Positions 1 to 9,762 of a stretch of DNA of 48,008 bases are shown piece after piece. A model generated the notes under the pieces. That model was not told the DNA's origin, searched no databases, and worked only from the letters and a program-made list of their open reading frames with translations. Numbering within the stretch: the first letter of the stretch is position 1; each line of letters begins with the position of its first letter. Made by a program: the position numbers and the translations under genes. The DNA comes from a virus (lineage: Duplodnaviria > Caudoviricetes), in the IMG/VR virus record IMGVR_UViG_3300004112_000008, positions 1 through 48,008 of that record; one strand, 5' to 3'.

Positions 1-1
1 T

Positions 2-841
2 TTTGGAAAACCTGATGCTGTTCTTGCTTTGCGCCTTGAGCTCGGCATCCAAATAGAATTGAAGGCTGTGCTCCCTGGTTTCTTTGTTGAGAACAAGACA
101 CAAGTGATTGTATGATCCCTTCCTAATAGGATAAGAGACGGCATTCTTGTTGGACCCAGAATTTACACTGAACACTGCGTTCACGGTAGTGGTCGACATG
201 GAAGGCTCTAGATAAAAAGTAAAGCCGTCTACCTCTGATGAAGTTTTTTGGAATACGACCTGGGTGTCGTTGACTATTTCTGGTAGGTATACTAGCGCCT
301 CGACGGAGAGCGACGCGTCGTCGTCTGGATTGATGACCACTTCTCCCTTGTTGTTTTTTGCGAGATCAGGATACAGGTTTCCCGACTTGTCCTTTACACC
401 TATCCACGTACCAAGCTCTGCCGCGAAACCATTTGCTGGGTCCTCTCCTGCTTGCGTTCCGGAGAAATGTAATGCACCTGACCACTGTGGGAAAGAGTCT
501 AGAACGTACTTTTCAAAGCCTGTGAGAGTATCCATGTACTCTTCCACTTCCTTCTTCGTGCCGTCGAAAGGATAGCTGTTGATGATCTTGTTGAAGGCTT
601 CGTTTACCTTCACCTCAGCGGAACCGAAGAAAGTGTGGTTCTCAAACTTCGACCAGTCGACGTTGAGCTGTTGTGTGTTCTTCAGCGGATAGTCGAGCGG
701 GTCGTATTTGAAAGAGCTTGTACTGCTGTGACTTGAGTCTGAGAGATTGTAGTCCGCATAAGTGGTCTGGACTGGTTTGGAGTCACTCAGAGCCGCCTTG
801 AGGAACGAGGGTACGTAGGGCGAATTCGATCTTGTGGTCAT
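2..841 (-). CDS. Virion structural protein with LamG-like region (partial, runs off the left edge; not in the ORF track)
   Basis: Manual translation from ATG at 841 gives MTTRSNSPYVPSFLK...VDWSKFENHTFFGSAEVKVNEAFNKIINSYPFDG...YNHLCLVLNKETREHSLQFYLDAELK, open to the edge. The H-x-x-x-V...FYLD pattern is LamG-like. It starts 10 nt after the previous stop. Confidence 0.7.
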   Translation of the reverse strand, partial: MTTRSNSPYVPSFLKAALSDSKPVQTTYADYNLSDSSHSSTSSFKYDPLDYPLKNTQQLNVDWSKFENHTFFGSAEVKVNEAFNKIINSYPFDGTKKEVEEYMDTLTGFEKYVLDSFPQWSGALHFSGTQAGEDPANGFAAELGTWIGVKDKSGNLYPDLAKNNKGEVVINPDDDASLSVEALVYLPEIVNDTQVVFQKTSSEVDGFTFYLEPSMSTTTVNAVFSVNSGSNKNAVSYPIRKGSYNHLCLVLNKETREHSLQFYLDAELKAQSKNSIRFSK

Positions 842-851
842 TTCTTCGTCC

Positions 852-2381
852 TCATGACTCGACTTCCTCTATCCTAAATGCGGGTGACACATTCATGTGT
901 CGAGTTTTCACTCCGTTGTGATGAATCATTATGTCGATCGCATACGTCTTTCCAGGTCCTAGACTGTCCACGTCGAGCTTGAAAAACATACCCTCTGAGT
1001 CACTCGATACTTTCGTAGAATTCATCACGTCGTCAAAGGGTATGACAGGATTGTCCGTGACTGCGTCTCTCACTTGATAGTAGACGCTGTCGAGTACTGT
1101 ACCGCTTAGAATGGTGGGTATTCTAACGACCTTGATGTAGGGGCTTGACCTGTCGAATATGTTGACCCTGACGAGAGGCTCTTCATCCGTTCGATAAGTT
1201 TCGCTCACATTCAATACGCTGACTTCGTAATTTTTCAACGCTCTCGAAGAAGAGCGAACGGGAGGTCTCGCATATATCGCGGCGCCCGAGACATACGTCA
1301 CCGTGGAGTCGAGAGACGTCCAGAGTGGCAAGAACTTAATCGAAGAAGACACCGACAATTTAGCTTTTAGAACGGGGTCGTTGGACGTCAGGAAAACGTT
1401 AGCTGTGTAAGTCCCAGAAACGAACTTGGCTCCGTTGTCTCCAAGGGAGTACTGTGATCCTGTAAACGCGAGAGAATAAGTTCCACCCGAGACTTCTGTT
1501 ACAAGCTTGAGGAGGAGAGAGTTACTGCCGACCACGGGGACGAGCGACGAACCCGAGGTCATGTTCGCAAGGCTTCCGCCGTCGTAATTGTACAGATTGA
1601 TCTTGCATGTCTTGTCGAACGTCAGATTGAGCGAGTCGTCATTGATTGAGTCATCAAATCCCACGACAAGTTGCGGCCTTTTTGTGTCTTCATACGCATG
1701 CCGAGACGCGAATCTTTTCACGAAATAAGTGAATGTATTTTCCTCTAGCGTATTTTTGAAAGATATTCTGAAACCACTGTCTGGTAGTTCATTTGATAGT
1801 GTGGCTGAGACTATCTTCGTGACGTCGACCTCGAGGTCTTCTTCGCCAGTCTTGAAGAGCTGTGTCACTTCCGTAGAAGGAATGCTAATCGAAGACGTGA
1901 TGTAGTCACCGCTCCCCGTCGCGTAACACGGGAGAGAACAACCTGTGAGAAACCACGCTGAGTTCAGCGAAGAAGACACCCAGTTGCATCTGTCGGAGTC
2001 TGAGTAGTAAGAAACGTCCTTGCCTATTCCCTCGTCGAACGACGCCGAAAGAGGAAAGACGCTTACGGTGAAATTCGCGGGTGTGGGCTGACCTCCATAC
2101 ACGTCCCTCAGTTTTAGTTTACACCAAAAGCTGTCGTCGTCGACATCTATCTTATTCTGCTGCACGAGGTCTCGAAGACCGTCCAAATCGAAGTGGAGAA
2201 GAATTCTAGAGAGCTCCACGTTCGGTTCCTTGCTAGGAGCAGAACCGCTAAAAGTAATTCCATACAACTTAAACAAATCGAGAGAGCCTGCTTGACCTAC
2301 GTTGCTGCCGGTCACTCGGACTCCTCTGACTACTTTGTCAGTGATGTATGCGTCCTTGTCTGCTCCGAATATTTTAAGCAT
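852..2381 (-). CDS. Baseplate-region virion structural protein (509 aa)
   Basis: Overlaps the end of the baseplate wedge gene. It is beta-rich and Ser/Thr/Gly-rich. The N-terminus (DAYI...SRILLHFDL...F.SR...RPQLVV) resembles DNRLRE-like virion domains. Confidence 0.6.
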   Translation of the reverse strand: MLKIFGADKDAYITDKVVRGVRVTGSNVGQAGSLDLFKLYGITFSGSAPSKEPNVELSRILLHFDLDGLRDLVQQNKIDVDDDSFWCKLKLRDVYGGQPTPANFTVSVFPLSASFDEGIGKDVSYYSDSDRCNWVSSSLNSAWFLTGCSLPCYATGSGDYITSSISIPSTEVTQLFKTGEEDLEVDVTKIVSATLSNELPDSGFRISFKNTLEENTFTYFVKRFASRHAYEDTKRPQLVVGFDDSINDDSLNLTFDKTCKINLYNYDGGSLANMTSGSSLVPVVGSNSLLLKLVTEVSGGTYSLAFTGSQYSLGDNGAKFVSGTYTANVFLTSNDPVLKAKLSVSSSIKFLPLWTSLDSTVTYVSGAAIYARPPVRSSSRALKNYEVSVLNVSETYRTDEEPLVRVNIFDRSSPYIKVVRIPTILSGTVLDSVYYQVRDAVTDNPVIPFDDVMNSTKVSSDSEGMFFKLDVDSLGPGKTYAIDIMIHHNGVKTRHMNVSPAFRIEEVES

Positions 2382-4236
2382 TTGACACCGCTTTACCTAT
2401 GATGTTGACGTCAGGATATTTAATCTCGAAGATGGCGCCCTCGGGTGGGTATATAATCTGATTCTTCGTGTTTAGATTGACGTCGTAGGACACAGGAGAA
2501 TATTCACGGTTCTTCACAGTGCCGTAGATGTTGTTGAACTGGATGTCTGTTACTGATATTACACCTTTCACGGCGAATATTGTGGAAAGAACGTCAGAGA
2601 CGATGATTGGCTGCCCTATGTGGAATCGCGATATGTCAAACTGTGTCTTAAGGTCCCTTATGATGCTCTGAAGCAAAAGCATCTTGTTGAGTGAAGGATC
2701 CACCAATACCTGGAAATTGAGCTCCAGATTAATGATTGCAGCATCGAAAATGTCGATTGCATCGGACACCATTCTGTAGGAATTTAAGTACCTTCGGAGA
2801 TTTAGCTTCAGCTGGTCTGGTGAAGTTATGAGTTGTCTCTCCGTGTTGCGCGAGATGATGTACAGCCTCGATGCCAAAGGATTGTTGGGATTCTTGTTCA
2901 TCGTCGCCCTGAACACTCTTCCGAAATTGCTCGGCATCGTGTAGACCCTCGCGAGGAGGTCTTCCTTTGTGACTATCCTTTCCTGAGAATTTTTGATCGA
3001 TGGAATCAGCGCAAGCAATTCGTCGCTCGTCGGAGGATCTTCGCCTCCTGCAGCTGGTAGGGGATTTGATGCTTCTATTGTGTTTCTCACTTGAAGTTGT
3101 CGACCAGGAAGCGGATTTTCCGGAAAGAAAGTTATGAGACCTGTGATATTTTTGATGGTGTTGGGTGCCACATTGTGATTGAGACCCCCGCCGTACCGAT
3201 ACACGACCGTTATTGTAGTGTTTGCGGCAGATACACCTAACGTTGACGTTTGCAACATCTTCTGCGGATTCACTGGGACTCGTGAAAAAGTCTGCGAATA
3301 GGGGAGAGGAATGGAAAATTCCGAAGGATCTGGTATGATGTCGTCTTCTAAGTTGTCAGCTGTGCCTCCTCCAAACAACAACGTCGTTCCACGAGAGCTT
3401 AGCGAAACTTCTTTTACGAATCTATACGGAGCGGGTATCACCTTCAAGTTGTCCTTGACCAAATTTGACTCTGTACTTGTATTCGTGACATTTCTATAGA
3501 CAACATCGTGAGTTAAGTTGCCCACCTCGTAGTACTTGTTCCCTATTCCATCAGACACATCGATTATTTGCGTAATGTTCGACTGACCTAAAGAAACTCT
3601 TCTGAATGGGACAAAATCTCCCCACTGGTATGTCTCTGACGTCTGATTGCCTGAGGAGCATAGACCTGATTTCTTGAGTATCTTCGAGATTATCTTTCCG
3701 CCCAAGCGCCTACCATTGGTCATTTCGACAGCAGGATCTACGAACAAGACACCCGTGACAGGATCGGCCTTCCAGAAATCAACGTCTTCCATCAGTGTGA
3801 ATGTGATGCCGCTGTTGGACTGCAGAGTAGTTCCTTCTTTGATCGTAGGAAGAAGATCTGGGTCTGGTTCGAGGGACCCGTCATCTAGAACTGGTATCTC
3901 TACGTAGAAATCTACACTTGCTAACGCCGCCGATGCTCCTGTGATTGGCACCCCTGCATTCCTCAGTGCTCTTTCTTTGTTTTGAGTCTCTACTACTGTG
4001 TCGCCGTGGAGCTCGCCGTAGAGATGGTCCATGTAGAAAGACATGTTGTCGCCGATGTAGGCGGCCATGTCCAAGAACAAACCTCCGATCGAAGCTTCTG
4101 AGAAGTCACGTATCCTATCTGGATAATATTGTCGGGCATAATCGAGAAGTACAGCTCTAAATGAATCGAAGTCTCTCGCCAGATAGTTTCTCTGCCTCAC
4201 TGACTTGAGTGCTACATTGTTGTCTTGAATTGACAT
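2374..4236 (-). CDS. Baseplate wedge subunit (T4 gp6 / baseplate J-like)
   Basis: N-terminal NYLARDFDSFRAVLLDYARQYYPD..DFSEASIGGLFLDMAAYIGD; middle YRYGGG..NV, AAGGED and QERIVTKEDLLARVYTMP motifs. Confidence 0.9.
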   Translation of the reverse strand: MSIQDNNVALKSVRQRNYLARDFDSFRAVLLDYARQYYPDRIRDFSEASIGGLFLDMAAYIGDNMSFYMDHLYGELHGDTVVETQNKERALRNAGVPITGASAALASVDFYVEIPVLDDGSLEPDPDLLPTIKEGTTLQSNSGITFTLMEDVDFWKADPVTGVLFVDPAVEMTNGRRLGGKIISKILKKSGLCSSGNQTSETYQWGDFVPFRRVSLGQSNITQIIDVSDGIGNKYYEVGNLTHDVVYRNVTNTSTESNLVKDNLKVIPAPYRFVKEVSLSSRGTTLLFGGGTADNLEDDIIPDPSEFSIPLPYSQTFSRVPVNPQKMLQTSTLGVSAANTTITVVYRYGGGLNHNVAPNTIKNITGLITFFPENPLPGRQLQVRNTIEASNPLPAAGGEDPPTSDELLALIPSIKNSQERIVTKEDLLARVYTMPSNFGRVFRATMNKNPNNPLASRLYIISRNTERQLITSPDQLKLNLRRYLNSYRMVSDAIDIFDAAIINLELNFQVLVDPSLNKMLLLQSIIRDLKTQFDISRFHIGQPIIVSDVLSTIFAVKGVISVTDIQFNNIYGTVKNREYSPVSYDVNLNTKNQIIYPPEGAIFEIKYPDVNIIGKAVSNA

Positions 4237-4265
4237 GTGGACCTTTCAGTAAATAAGCAGATCTA

Positions 4266-4739
4266 TCAGATAACGTATAGAACTATTTGCACGGCTTTCT
4301 TGTCTGTGCTTAGAGCAGGTATCCTATAAGTGACATTGACGTTAATTATTCCGACATCCTTGTTGCCTATCCTGTCCACAGTTGATGTGAACTCTTCAAG
4401 TTCGACAAAAGGCATCCATGTTCCTACAGTACTTTTGATTCTGTCTATTGCCCTGTTGTCGAAATTTTCTTGTGACACGAACTCTGTGGTGAGCGGTTTT
4501 AGATTGGCACCATACTGATAAAGTCCAAGACGCTCTCCCCAGTTTGTCTGCAGAAGATTTCTTAAATTGTCGGCAAACTGTTCCTCTAGACTGTAATTCA
4601 TTATCAACAGACCGTCGGAACTACCTAGCTGTAGCGGCGTCTTTATTCCAAAGGGAGTCGGTGTCGGAGCTTGAGAAGTGTCTTCTAGGTCTTTTTGCTC
4701 CTGTGTCTTACCGGAACTCTTGAAGCTGTAAGTCGCCAT
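4266..4739 (-). CDS. Baseplate wedge / sheath-initiation protein (gp25/GpW family)
   Basis: NLRNLLQTNWGERLGLYQYGANL...WMPFVEL motif, adjacent to gp6. The start is set at ATG 4739 rather than the track's GTG at 4754. Confidence 0.9.
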   Translation of the reverse strand: MATYSFKSSGKTQEQKDLEDTSQAPTPTPFGIKTPLQLGSSDGLLIMNYSLEEQFADNLRNLLQTNWGERLGLYQYGANLKPLTTEFVSQENFDNRAIDRIKSTVGTWMPFVELEEFTSTVDRIGNKDVGIINVNVTYRIPALSTDKKAVQIVLYVI

Positions 4740-4776
4740 GACCGTAACTATCAATCACATCAAGTTAAGCATCCTA

Positions 4777-6756
4777 CTACGGCGGAGGAGGACCTGGCAT
4801 CGGTTGCGACTGATCCGGCTCATTGTCATCATTATTGTCTCCGATTATTGCCTGCTCACCGCCCGCGTCCACCACCGGAGGACCTTGCTCTTTGGAATTT
4901 ACAGGATCTGATCCCGGTTGTTTGAATCCTTGCGTCTCGTAAGGATTACCGGAGATGACCTTCCACGTATTGATCAAAGCTCTCACGACTCTTCCGTCAC
5001 CCATGGCCCACCAGCCTGGTGGGTTGCTTGTCGGTCCCATCAATCGTGGTTCAGGTGAACCAAACGCAACATTTTTATAGGGTTGACTAATCTGATACGA
5101 CCTAGGCTTTATTCCCGTACACGGTGGCCCCTTTGTATATGAGGCTTTATTTTTGTTACCAGGATCTGACCCTCCTCCTTCCACTGTATAGAGAACAGAA
5201 TCGCCTTCATTGTAGTCTTCTGCGACTACAATGACATGACCCCTGCCGCCCCACCTATCAAGAGAATCTACGATTATGACGTCACCTCTTTTTAGAGAAG
5301 GAAGAGAAGAAAGTTTTGCTTCCTCTTTAGAGGCATAAAATTTACCATTGGGCTCAACTGGTAGCTGAGGCAGAATTAATGCTCCTCTGACTCTTGCGAT
5401 TGCATGCAAGTCTGAAACAGGATTGCCTCTTGCCAGATCGGTGAACCAGTCGACTATCACCTTAGGCGCATCGGGTTTACTACTTACAGGCAAGGCGCGA
5501 GGTCCATCGGGTAGGTCTCCCCAAGGTCCCGACTTTGTGATGTAGGACTCTATTTTACCAGATCCTGTCCCAGACTTCTTGTAGTCGAAGAAATATCTTG
5601 CTCCGCCCTTGCCGAGTGCGACTCTGGCGAACATGCCACATGATGAGGCTTGACTGCATTGCTGTATCGCTGCCTTCAAATTATTCGTCGCTTCTAGCGG
5701 CAAAATAGCGTATGAATATTTTTCTGGGTCTTGACTCCAAAAAGTACCAGCTGAGTCGTCCAAAAAGGCTTTGATAGCATCACGTGCTTCAGATTCAGGA
5801 TCAGTCCCGCCGTCAGCAGGCTCGCCTAGAGGTGGAGAATAGCCCACCTCTTTCATTGTCAAACCTACTAGTCCAGAAGGAGCTGTACCTAATGTCTTTG
5901 ACAGTGCATGACAGATTGACATCTCGGCCATCTTCCTGCCGAGGACTCTCCTTGAGGCTTGCATTACAGTGTCTGGGCTCACACCGTTTTTGTCCTGAGG
6001 TTCATTTTTACCGAAGAGACCAGCATCATTGATCATCTTGCAGACATCTCCCAGCGCGCCTGGGATGTCGAACGTAATGAGTTTAAAAGCTATCTGAGGT
6101 ATGCCTCCGATTAGACCCAACATGAAATCCGGAAACCCAAGAACCATCGACAGTTTCATGCTGAGAAGGCACGGTATCTCTAAAGAAGGAAGACCTATTC
6201 CGAGCTGAGGCAGCTCAGGAAGAGGAATTTCTATTCCTGGTGGCAGCTTCGGTACTGGGAGTTCGAGCAACGCACTCGGAAGTTTCGGTAACTCAATTCC
6301 TAGCTTGACCGCTAAAAGCGGCGGATTGGGAATCATGAAGACCATGAAGTCGCCTAAGCCGTCTAACTTTAAATTACCTCCTAAGCTTGTTGCTAAAGCA
6401 ACAGGGTCGGCGACAGGAAGCAAATTATACTCAGACGGATTGTCGAGAGCCCTCGCGAGGTCGAGGTAATAACCCAAGATGTTCTTGTGAAAATCAGGAA
6501 ATATCTCGATGTTTGGAAGGTCTCGCCGAAGGCGCTCGGCCATCTCTGGGCTAACAGGCGGTAGAGGATCCCCGCACGGGAAGGGAGGCGATCCGCCCGA
6601 CAACTCTTTTATCACGTCTTCAACGAATCGTTCTTTTGCCGCTTCAGGAAATCCTGAGGTTAATTCAGCTTTACTCTTATCACCGCCGTGAGGAGTCAAT
6701 ATGCCTGCATGCACCATGCACCCGTCGCCAGGACCTGCTGTATAAGGATTAGGCAA
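4777..6756 (-). CDS. Baseplate-associated protein: Pro-rich N-half plus C-terminal CHAP/NlpC-P60-like Cys-His hydrolase
   Basis: TTG start with an AAAGGG RBS. SSCGMFARVAL (Cys) ... LKRGDVIIV...GHVIVV...YTVEGG (His, Glu) is the CHAP pattern. It lies between the gp5-like and gp25-like genes. Confidence 0.65.
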   Translation of the reverse strand: MPNPYTAGPGDGCMVHAGILTPHGGDKSKAELTSGFPEAAKERFVEDVIKELSGGSPPFPCGDPLPPVSPEMAERLRRDLPNIEIFPDFHKNILGYYLDLARALDNPSEYNLLPVADPVALATSLGGNLKLDGLGDFMVFMIPNPPLLAVKLGIELPKLPSALLELPVPKLPPGIEIPLPELPQLGIGLPSLEIPCLLSMKLSMVLGFPDFMLGLIGGIPQIAFKLITFDIPGALGDVCKMINDAGLFGKNEPQDKNGVSPDTVMQASRRVLGRKMAEMSICHALSKTLGTAPSGLVGLTMKEVGYSPPLGEPADGGTDPESEARDAIKAFLDDSAGTFWSQDPEKYSYAILPLEATNNLKAAIQQCSQASSCGMFARVALGKGGARYFFDYKKSGTGSGKIESYITKSGPWGDLPDGPRALPVSSKPDAPKVIVDWFTDLARGNPVSDLHAIARVRGALILPQLPVEPNGKFYASKEEAKLSSLPSLKRGDVIIVDSLDRWGGRGHVIVVAEDYNEGDSVLYTVEGGGSDPGNKNKASYTKGPPCTGIKPRSYQISQPYKNVAFGSPEPRLMGPTSNPPGWWAMGDGRVVRALINTWKVISGNPYETQGFKQPGSDPVNSKEQGPPVVDAGGEQAIIGDNNDDNEPDQSQPMPGPPPP

Positions 6757-6771
6757 AGTCGAATACCCTTT

Positions 6772-8259
6772 CTATTTGATCAACACCTTGTTGGCAAATT
6801 TTGCTTGTCCTACGGCCAAAATGGGATTATTGTTACCGTCACCTGCGGCAGCCCCTGCGAAAAAGCCTCCCATGGTAGTGACTAGCGACGGTCCCGATAT
6901 GTTGCCGTCCACTGCAGAGACAGGTTCATCTGAGCAGACAATACCCTTGTCGGCGTCTTCTCCTCCCAGTTTGATAAATCCCAATTTGGAAGGCTTGAAA
7001 ATGATGTCGCCGTTAGTTTTTATCATGATAGAAGCCCATTTGTCCAAATCAGCTTCTTCGTCTTTTCTTGACTGACGATTGGGCACTTCTGTCACTGTGT
7101 AATTCGTAACAACGAGCTCTAGATCAGACCTAGCTATCATTCTCACCTTGTCTGACTTGATGACTATTGCGGCTTCTCCTGCTGAATCGTCTTGAGAAAA
7201 TCCAGTTTTCGAATTGAAACCAGTTAGTCCGAATTTGGAGTCGGGGTTTGTCCGTTGCGAGATAAGAATTCTGCTTCTGTCGTTCTTGTAGTCTGGATCT
7301 CCCTCGGTTGGTGAAAGAACAGAATGAGACTTGTTTAATTCCTTCTTTATGGGTGTGCCTTTAGTAGTTCCTTTGGCATCCTTGATACTTGTTGTGTCAG
7401 CTTCGACTCCAAGCGTCTCAGGCGTGCAACCCCTACCTGTCACCATGTCTATTGCACCTGCTTCTTGAGCAAAAGAAGGTACAGATAATGGTCCGTCTCT
7501 GTCTGTGCCGAGGACAATCAAAGAGTTATTTGAACCTTCTAAGACTACATCTGCTGGTCTCTTCCTGAATCTGGGTATTGACTCGAATGTGGTATATTGG
7601 GCAGCGACCGTTTCAGTGACAAGAAGTTCGAATATGTCTTCTGGGACGTCTTTCAGGATGTTGAAATCAATCGAGGTGTGTCTATCACCTTCAAAATCTA
7701 CGACAGGCCCGTTTCTAAGCTCGTGCCAAACGTTCTCACCCGTGGCAGCTGTATTCTGTTTCTCTGCATCGGCTGCTTCCCTGACGGACGGAAACAAAGA
7801 CTTTTCAAATGCACGTGCAGGGTGAGAATGGTTTACGTCGTCGGCTACATTTACATCAACGACTCTGCAGAACCAATAGCCTATTTGAGGTCGACTCGCT
7901 GCCGGGTTGTCAAACATCGCCCAGACCAATTCACCAGGTTTGCAGGGCAATGAAAGGTGCGACGGAAAGAAAGGAAAAAGAAACATTGGGAATTTTGTTT
8001 CCCCTGCCTCCTTGGCTACTATCGTATTTCTTGGCAAAGCATTGGCAAGATTGAAATTAGACACTCCTAATTCACTAAGCCACCGATTTCTAGCGTCGTC
8101 GGCCAAAGTTTCAGTATTAGGGTCGGAGATTACCTCGATCACAATCATCTTGACGAAAGTGGGCGATGGTACGGAATGTAGTATATGTGAATCTACATTG
8201 AAAGTACCTTCAGTGATTCGTCTTATGTTGTCTGCGCCGTCTCTGCTGTTAGTCGACAT
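6772..8259 (-). CDS. Baseplate hub/spike protein (gp5-like OB-fold N-terminus)
   Basis: FPFFPSHLSLPCKPGELVW (gp5 OB-fold P..GE.V motif), DVVLEGSNNSLIVLG and IVIKSDKVRMIAR beta-repeat segments; baseplate context. Confidence 0.7.
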   Translation of the reverse strand: MSTNSRDGADNIRRITEGTFNVDSHILHSVPSPTFVKMIVIEVISDPNTETLADDARNRWLSELGVSNFNLANALPRNTIVAKEAGETKFPMFLFPFFPSHLSLPCKPGELVWAMFDNPAASRPQIGYWFCRVVDVNVADDVNHSHPARAFEKSLFPSVREAADAEKQNTAATGENVWHELRNGPVVDFEGDRHTSIDFNILKDVPEDIFELLVTETVAAQYTTFESIPRFRKRPADVVLEGSNNSLIVLGTDRDGPLSVPSFAQEAGAIDMVTGRGCTPETLGVEADTTSIKDAKGTTKGTPIKKELNKSHSVLSPTEGDPDYKNDRSRILISQRTNPDSKFGLTGFNSKTGFSQDDSAGEAAIVIKSDKVRMIARSDLELVVTNYTVTEVPNRQSRKDEEADLDKWASIMIKTNGDIIFKPSKLGFIKLGGEDADKGIVCSDEPVSAVDGNISGPSLVTTMGGFFAGAAAGDGNNNPILAVGQAKFANKVLIK

Positions 8260-8616
8260 TCAAGACCCCAGCTTCTTAAACATTTCTTCTGGGTCTATTT
8301 CTTTGTCGTCTTTTGACTCAGACTTCGACACCAGCTCTGCAAGTCTAATGATTTGGTCGTTAGCTTTGCTCATCTTTTCTATGTAAGTCGCAAGTGCTTT
8401 GCCATGTACTGCGTGCTCTGTGCTCTTATCCTGGACTATCTCCACTAGGGAGGTGAACAAAACATAAGCATTCTGTCTATCTGTTATCGCGTTCTCGTAT
8501 ATTTCCCGCCACAGCTTTTTCTTTTTATCGGACACTCCATCGATTTGTGTGAGGAGTTCGTTGAAGTCCTGTATCTTCTCTTCGATAGAGACGTCGTTAT
8601 TCTTTGATGTTGACAT
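8260..8616 (-). CDS. Conserved helical hypothetical protein
   Basis: 118 aa all-helical ORF between the late sigma factor and the hub gene. Confidence 0.6.
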   Translation of the reverse strand: MSTSKNNDVSIEEKIQDFNELLTQIDGVSDKKKKLWREIYENAITDRQNAYVLFTSLVEIVQDKSTEHAVHGKALATYIEKMSKANDQIIRLAELVSKSESKDDKEIDPEEMFKKLGS

Positions 8617-8632
8617 GTCTTTATAACAATAT

Positions 8633-9445
8633 TCAGAAGTCTCTATTTGTGTCCACTTTGGTCTTCTTGTAGTGACGTTTAATTGACTGCATTGCAGTCG
8701 TCAGTTGCTTAGGCGATAGACCCGATAGCTCTCTCATGTAGAGAAGAACGGCACTTTTGTTTAGTAGGTCTATCTCGTCTATGTTCTCGAAGATTGTGAT
8801 GATTGCATTGATGCAGGTCAATTCATTCTCTGTCTTGACACGAGTTCTTATTTCGTACAGGAGGTTGACAGTAGTTTCTACTGAGTCGACTGAGTCGATA
8901 ATGAAGTCTTGTGACGGAATTAGGCTATGCTCTTCTATGATTACGGTCTCATGCTCAGTCAGACCAGTGGGATCATCGAGACTAATATTTCTTTTGACAC
9001 GTTGCGCTTTTTGTTTTGTCCTGATGATCAACCAGTTTTTGGCAACTACATTGAAATATGAAAAAGCATTCGTACCTCTCGCCTGATCGAATTTGTGTAT
9101 TGTCTCAAAAAGAAAATTGACACAGTCGTTCTTGAGCTCTTCATAGGTGTCATGCATCCCTGTGAACTTATGAATATTGATCAGGTTCTCGACCAACTTT
9201 AGAAATGCCGGCAATATCTCGTCGACGTAGAGTCTATCTCTTTCCTTCTTCGATTTCTCGGCTTGAAATCTAACTATTGCATCTTGAGTTCCTGCATTGA
9301 AATACAGCTTAACTGATGAGGCATTTTTAGTTCTTGCGTTTAAGCCGTCCAAGGGATCAAGTTTTTCTCCGGAATCATAGGAAGCTGCATCTACGTCTTC
9401 CAGAAGCAACTTGGTCTTTCTCTGTTTCTGTCTTTTTGCAGTCAT
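8633..9445 (-). CDS. Late-transcription sigma factor (T4 gp55-like, sigma region 2)
   Basis: LYFNAGTQDAIV...CVNFLFETIHKFDQARGTNAFSYFNVVAKN matches the gp55/sigma region 2 KFD..rg.nAFSYF motif. Confidence 0.8.
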   Translation of the reverse strand: MTAKRQKQRKTKLLLEDVDAASYDSGEKLDPLDGLNARTKNASSVKLYFNAGTQDAIVRFQAEKSKKERDRLYVDEILPAFLKLVENLINIHKFTGMHDTYEELKNDCVNFLFETIHKFDQARGTNAFSYFNVVAKNWLIIRTKQKAQRVKRNISLDDPTGLTEHETVIIEEHSLIPSQDFIIDSVDSVETTVNLLYEIRTRVKTENELTCINAIITIFENIDEIDLLNKSAVLLYMRELSGLSPKQLTTAMQSIKRHYKKTKVDTNRDF

Positions 9446-9447
9446 AT

Positions 9448-9762
9448 TTAGATCGTTTCTACATCTTGGTTGTTCTCTGATGACACTGACATATCGAGTA
9501 TTATAGCGATCTTGTGAAGTGAGTCTTTCGCTTCTGTTATGTCACGTACTAGGTCTTTGATTATTGGTTCGTCTGAAAAGACTTCTATTTTGGTTTTTGC
9601 GTCTATCTTCTGGTATTGTTCATCTAAAACTTTGAGAGAGTCTTCAACAGCTTCTTCCACACTCTCAAGCTTATCCATGAACGCCAGGTTTTTCTTGACG
9701 CTGAAGAACAAACCTGACGTTGTGACTGCACATATGACTCCGAGGGCAATCGTGAGTATCAC
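9448..9762 (-). CDS. Small membrane-anchored coiled-coil protein
   Basis: Hydrophobic N-terminus ILTIALGVICAVTTSGLFF followed by a heptad-like region; GTGA overlap with the upstream gene. Confidence 0.6.
   Translation of the reverse strand: MILTIALGVICAVTTSGLFFSVKKNLAFMDKLESVEEAVEDSLKVLDEQYQKIDAKTKIEVFSDEPIIKDLVRDITEAKDSLHKIAIILDMSVSSENNQDVETI

Noticed and set aside
2374-8259. eCIS/T6SS/tailocin locus
   Set aside because: Late sigma, gp4-like nuclease, RuvC, helicase and PhoH indicate a replicating phage; no eCIS ATPase or T6SS membrane complex is visible.
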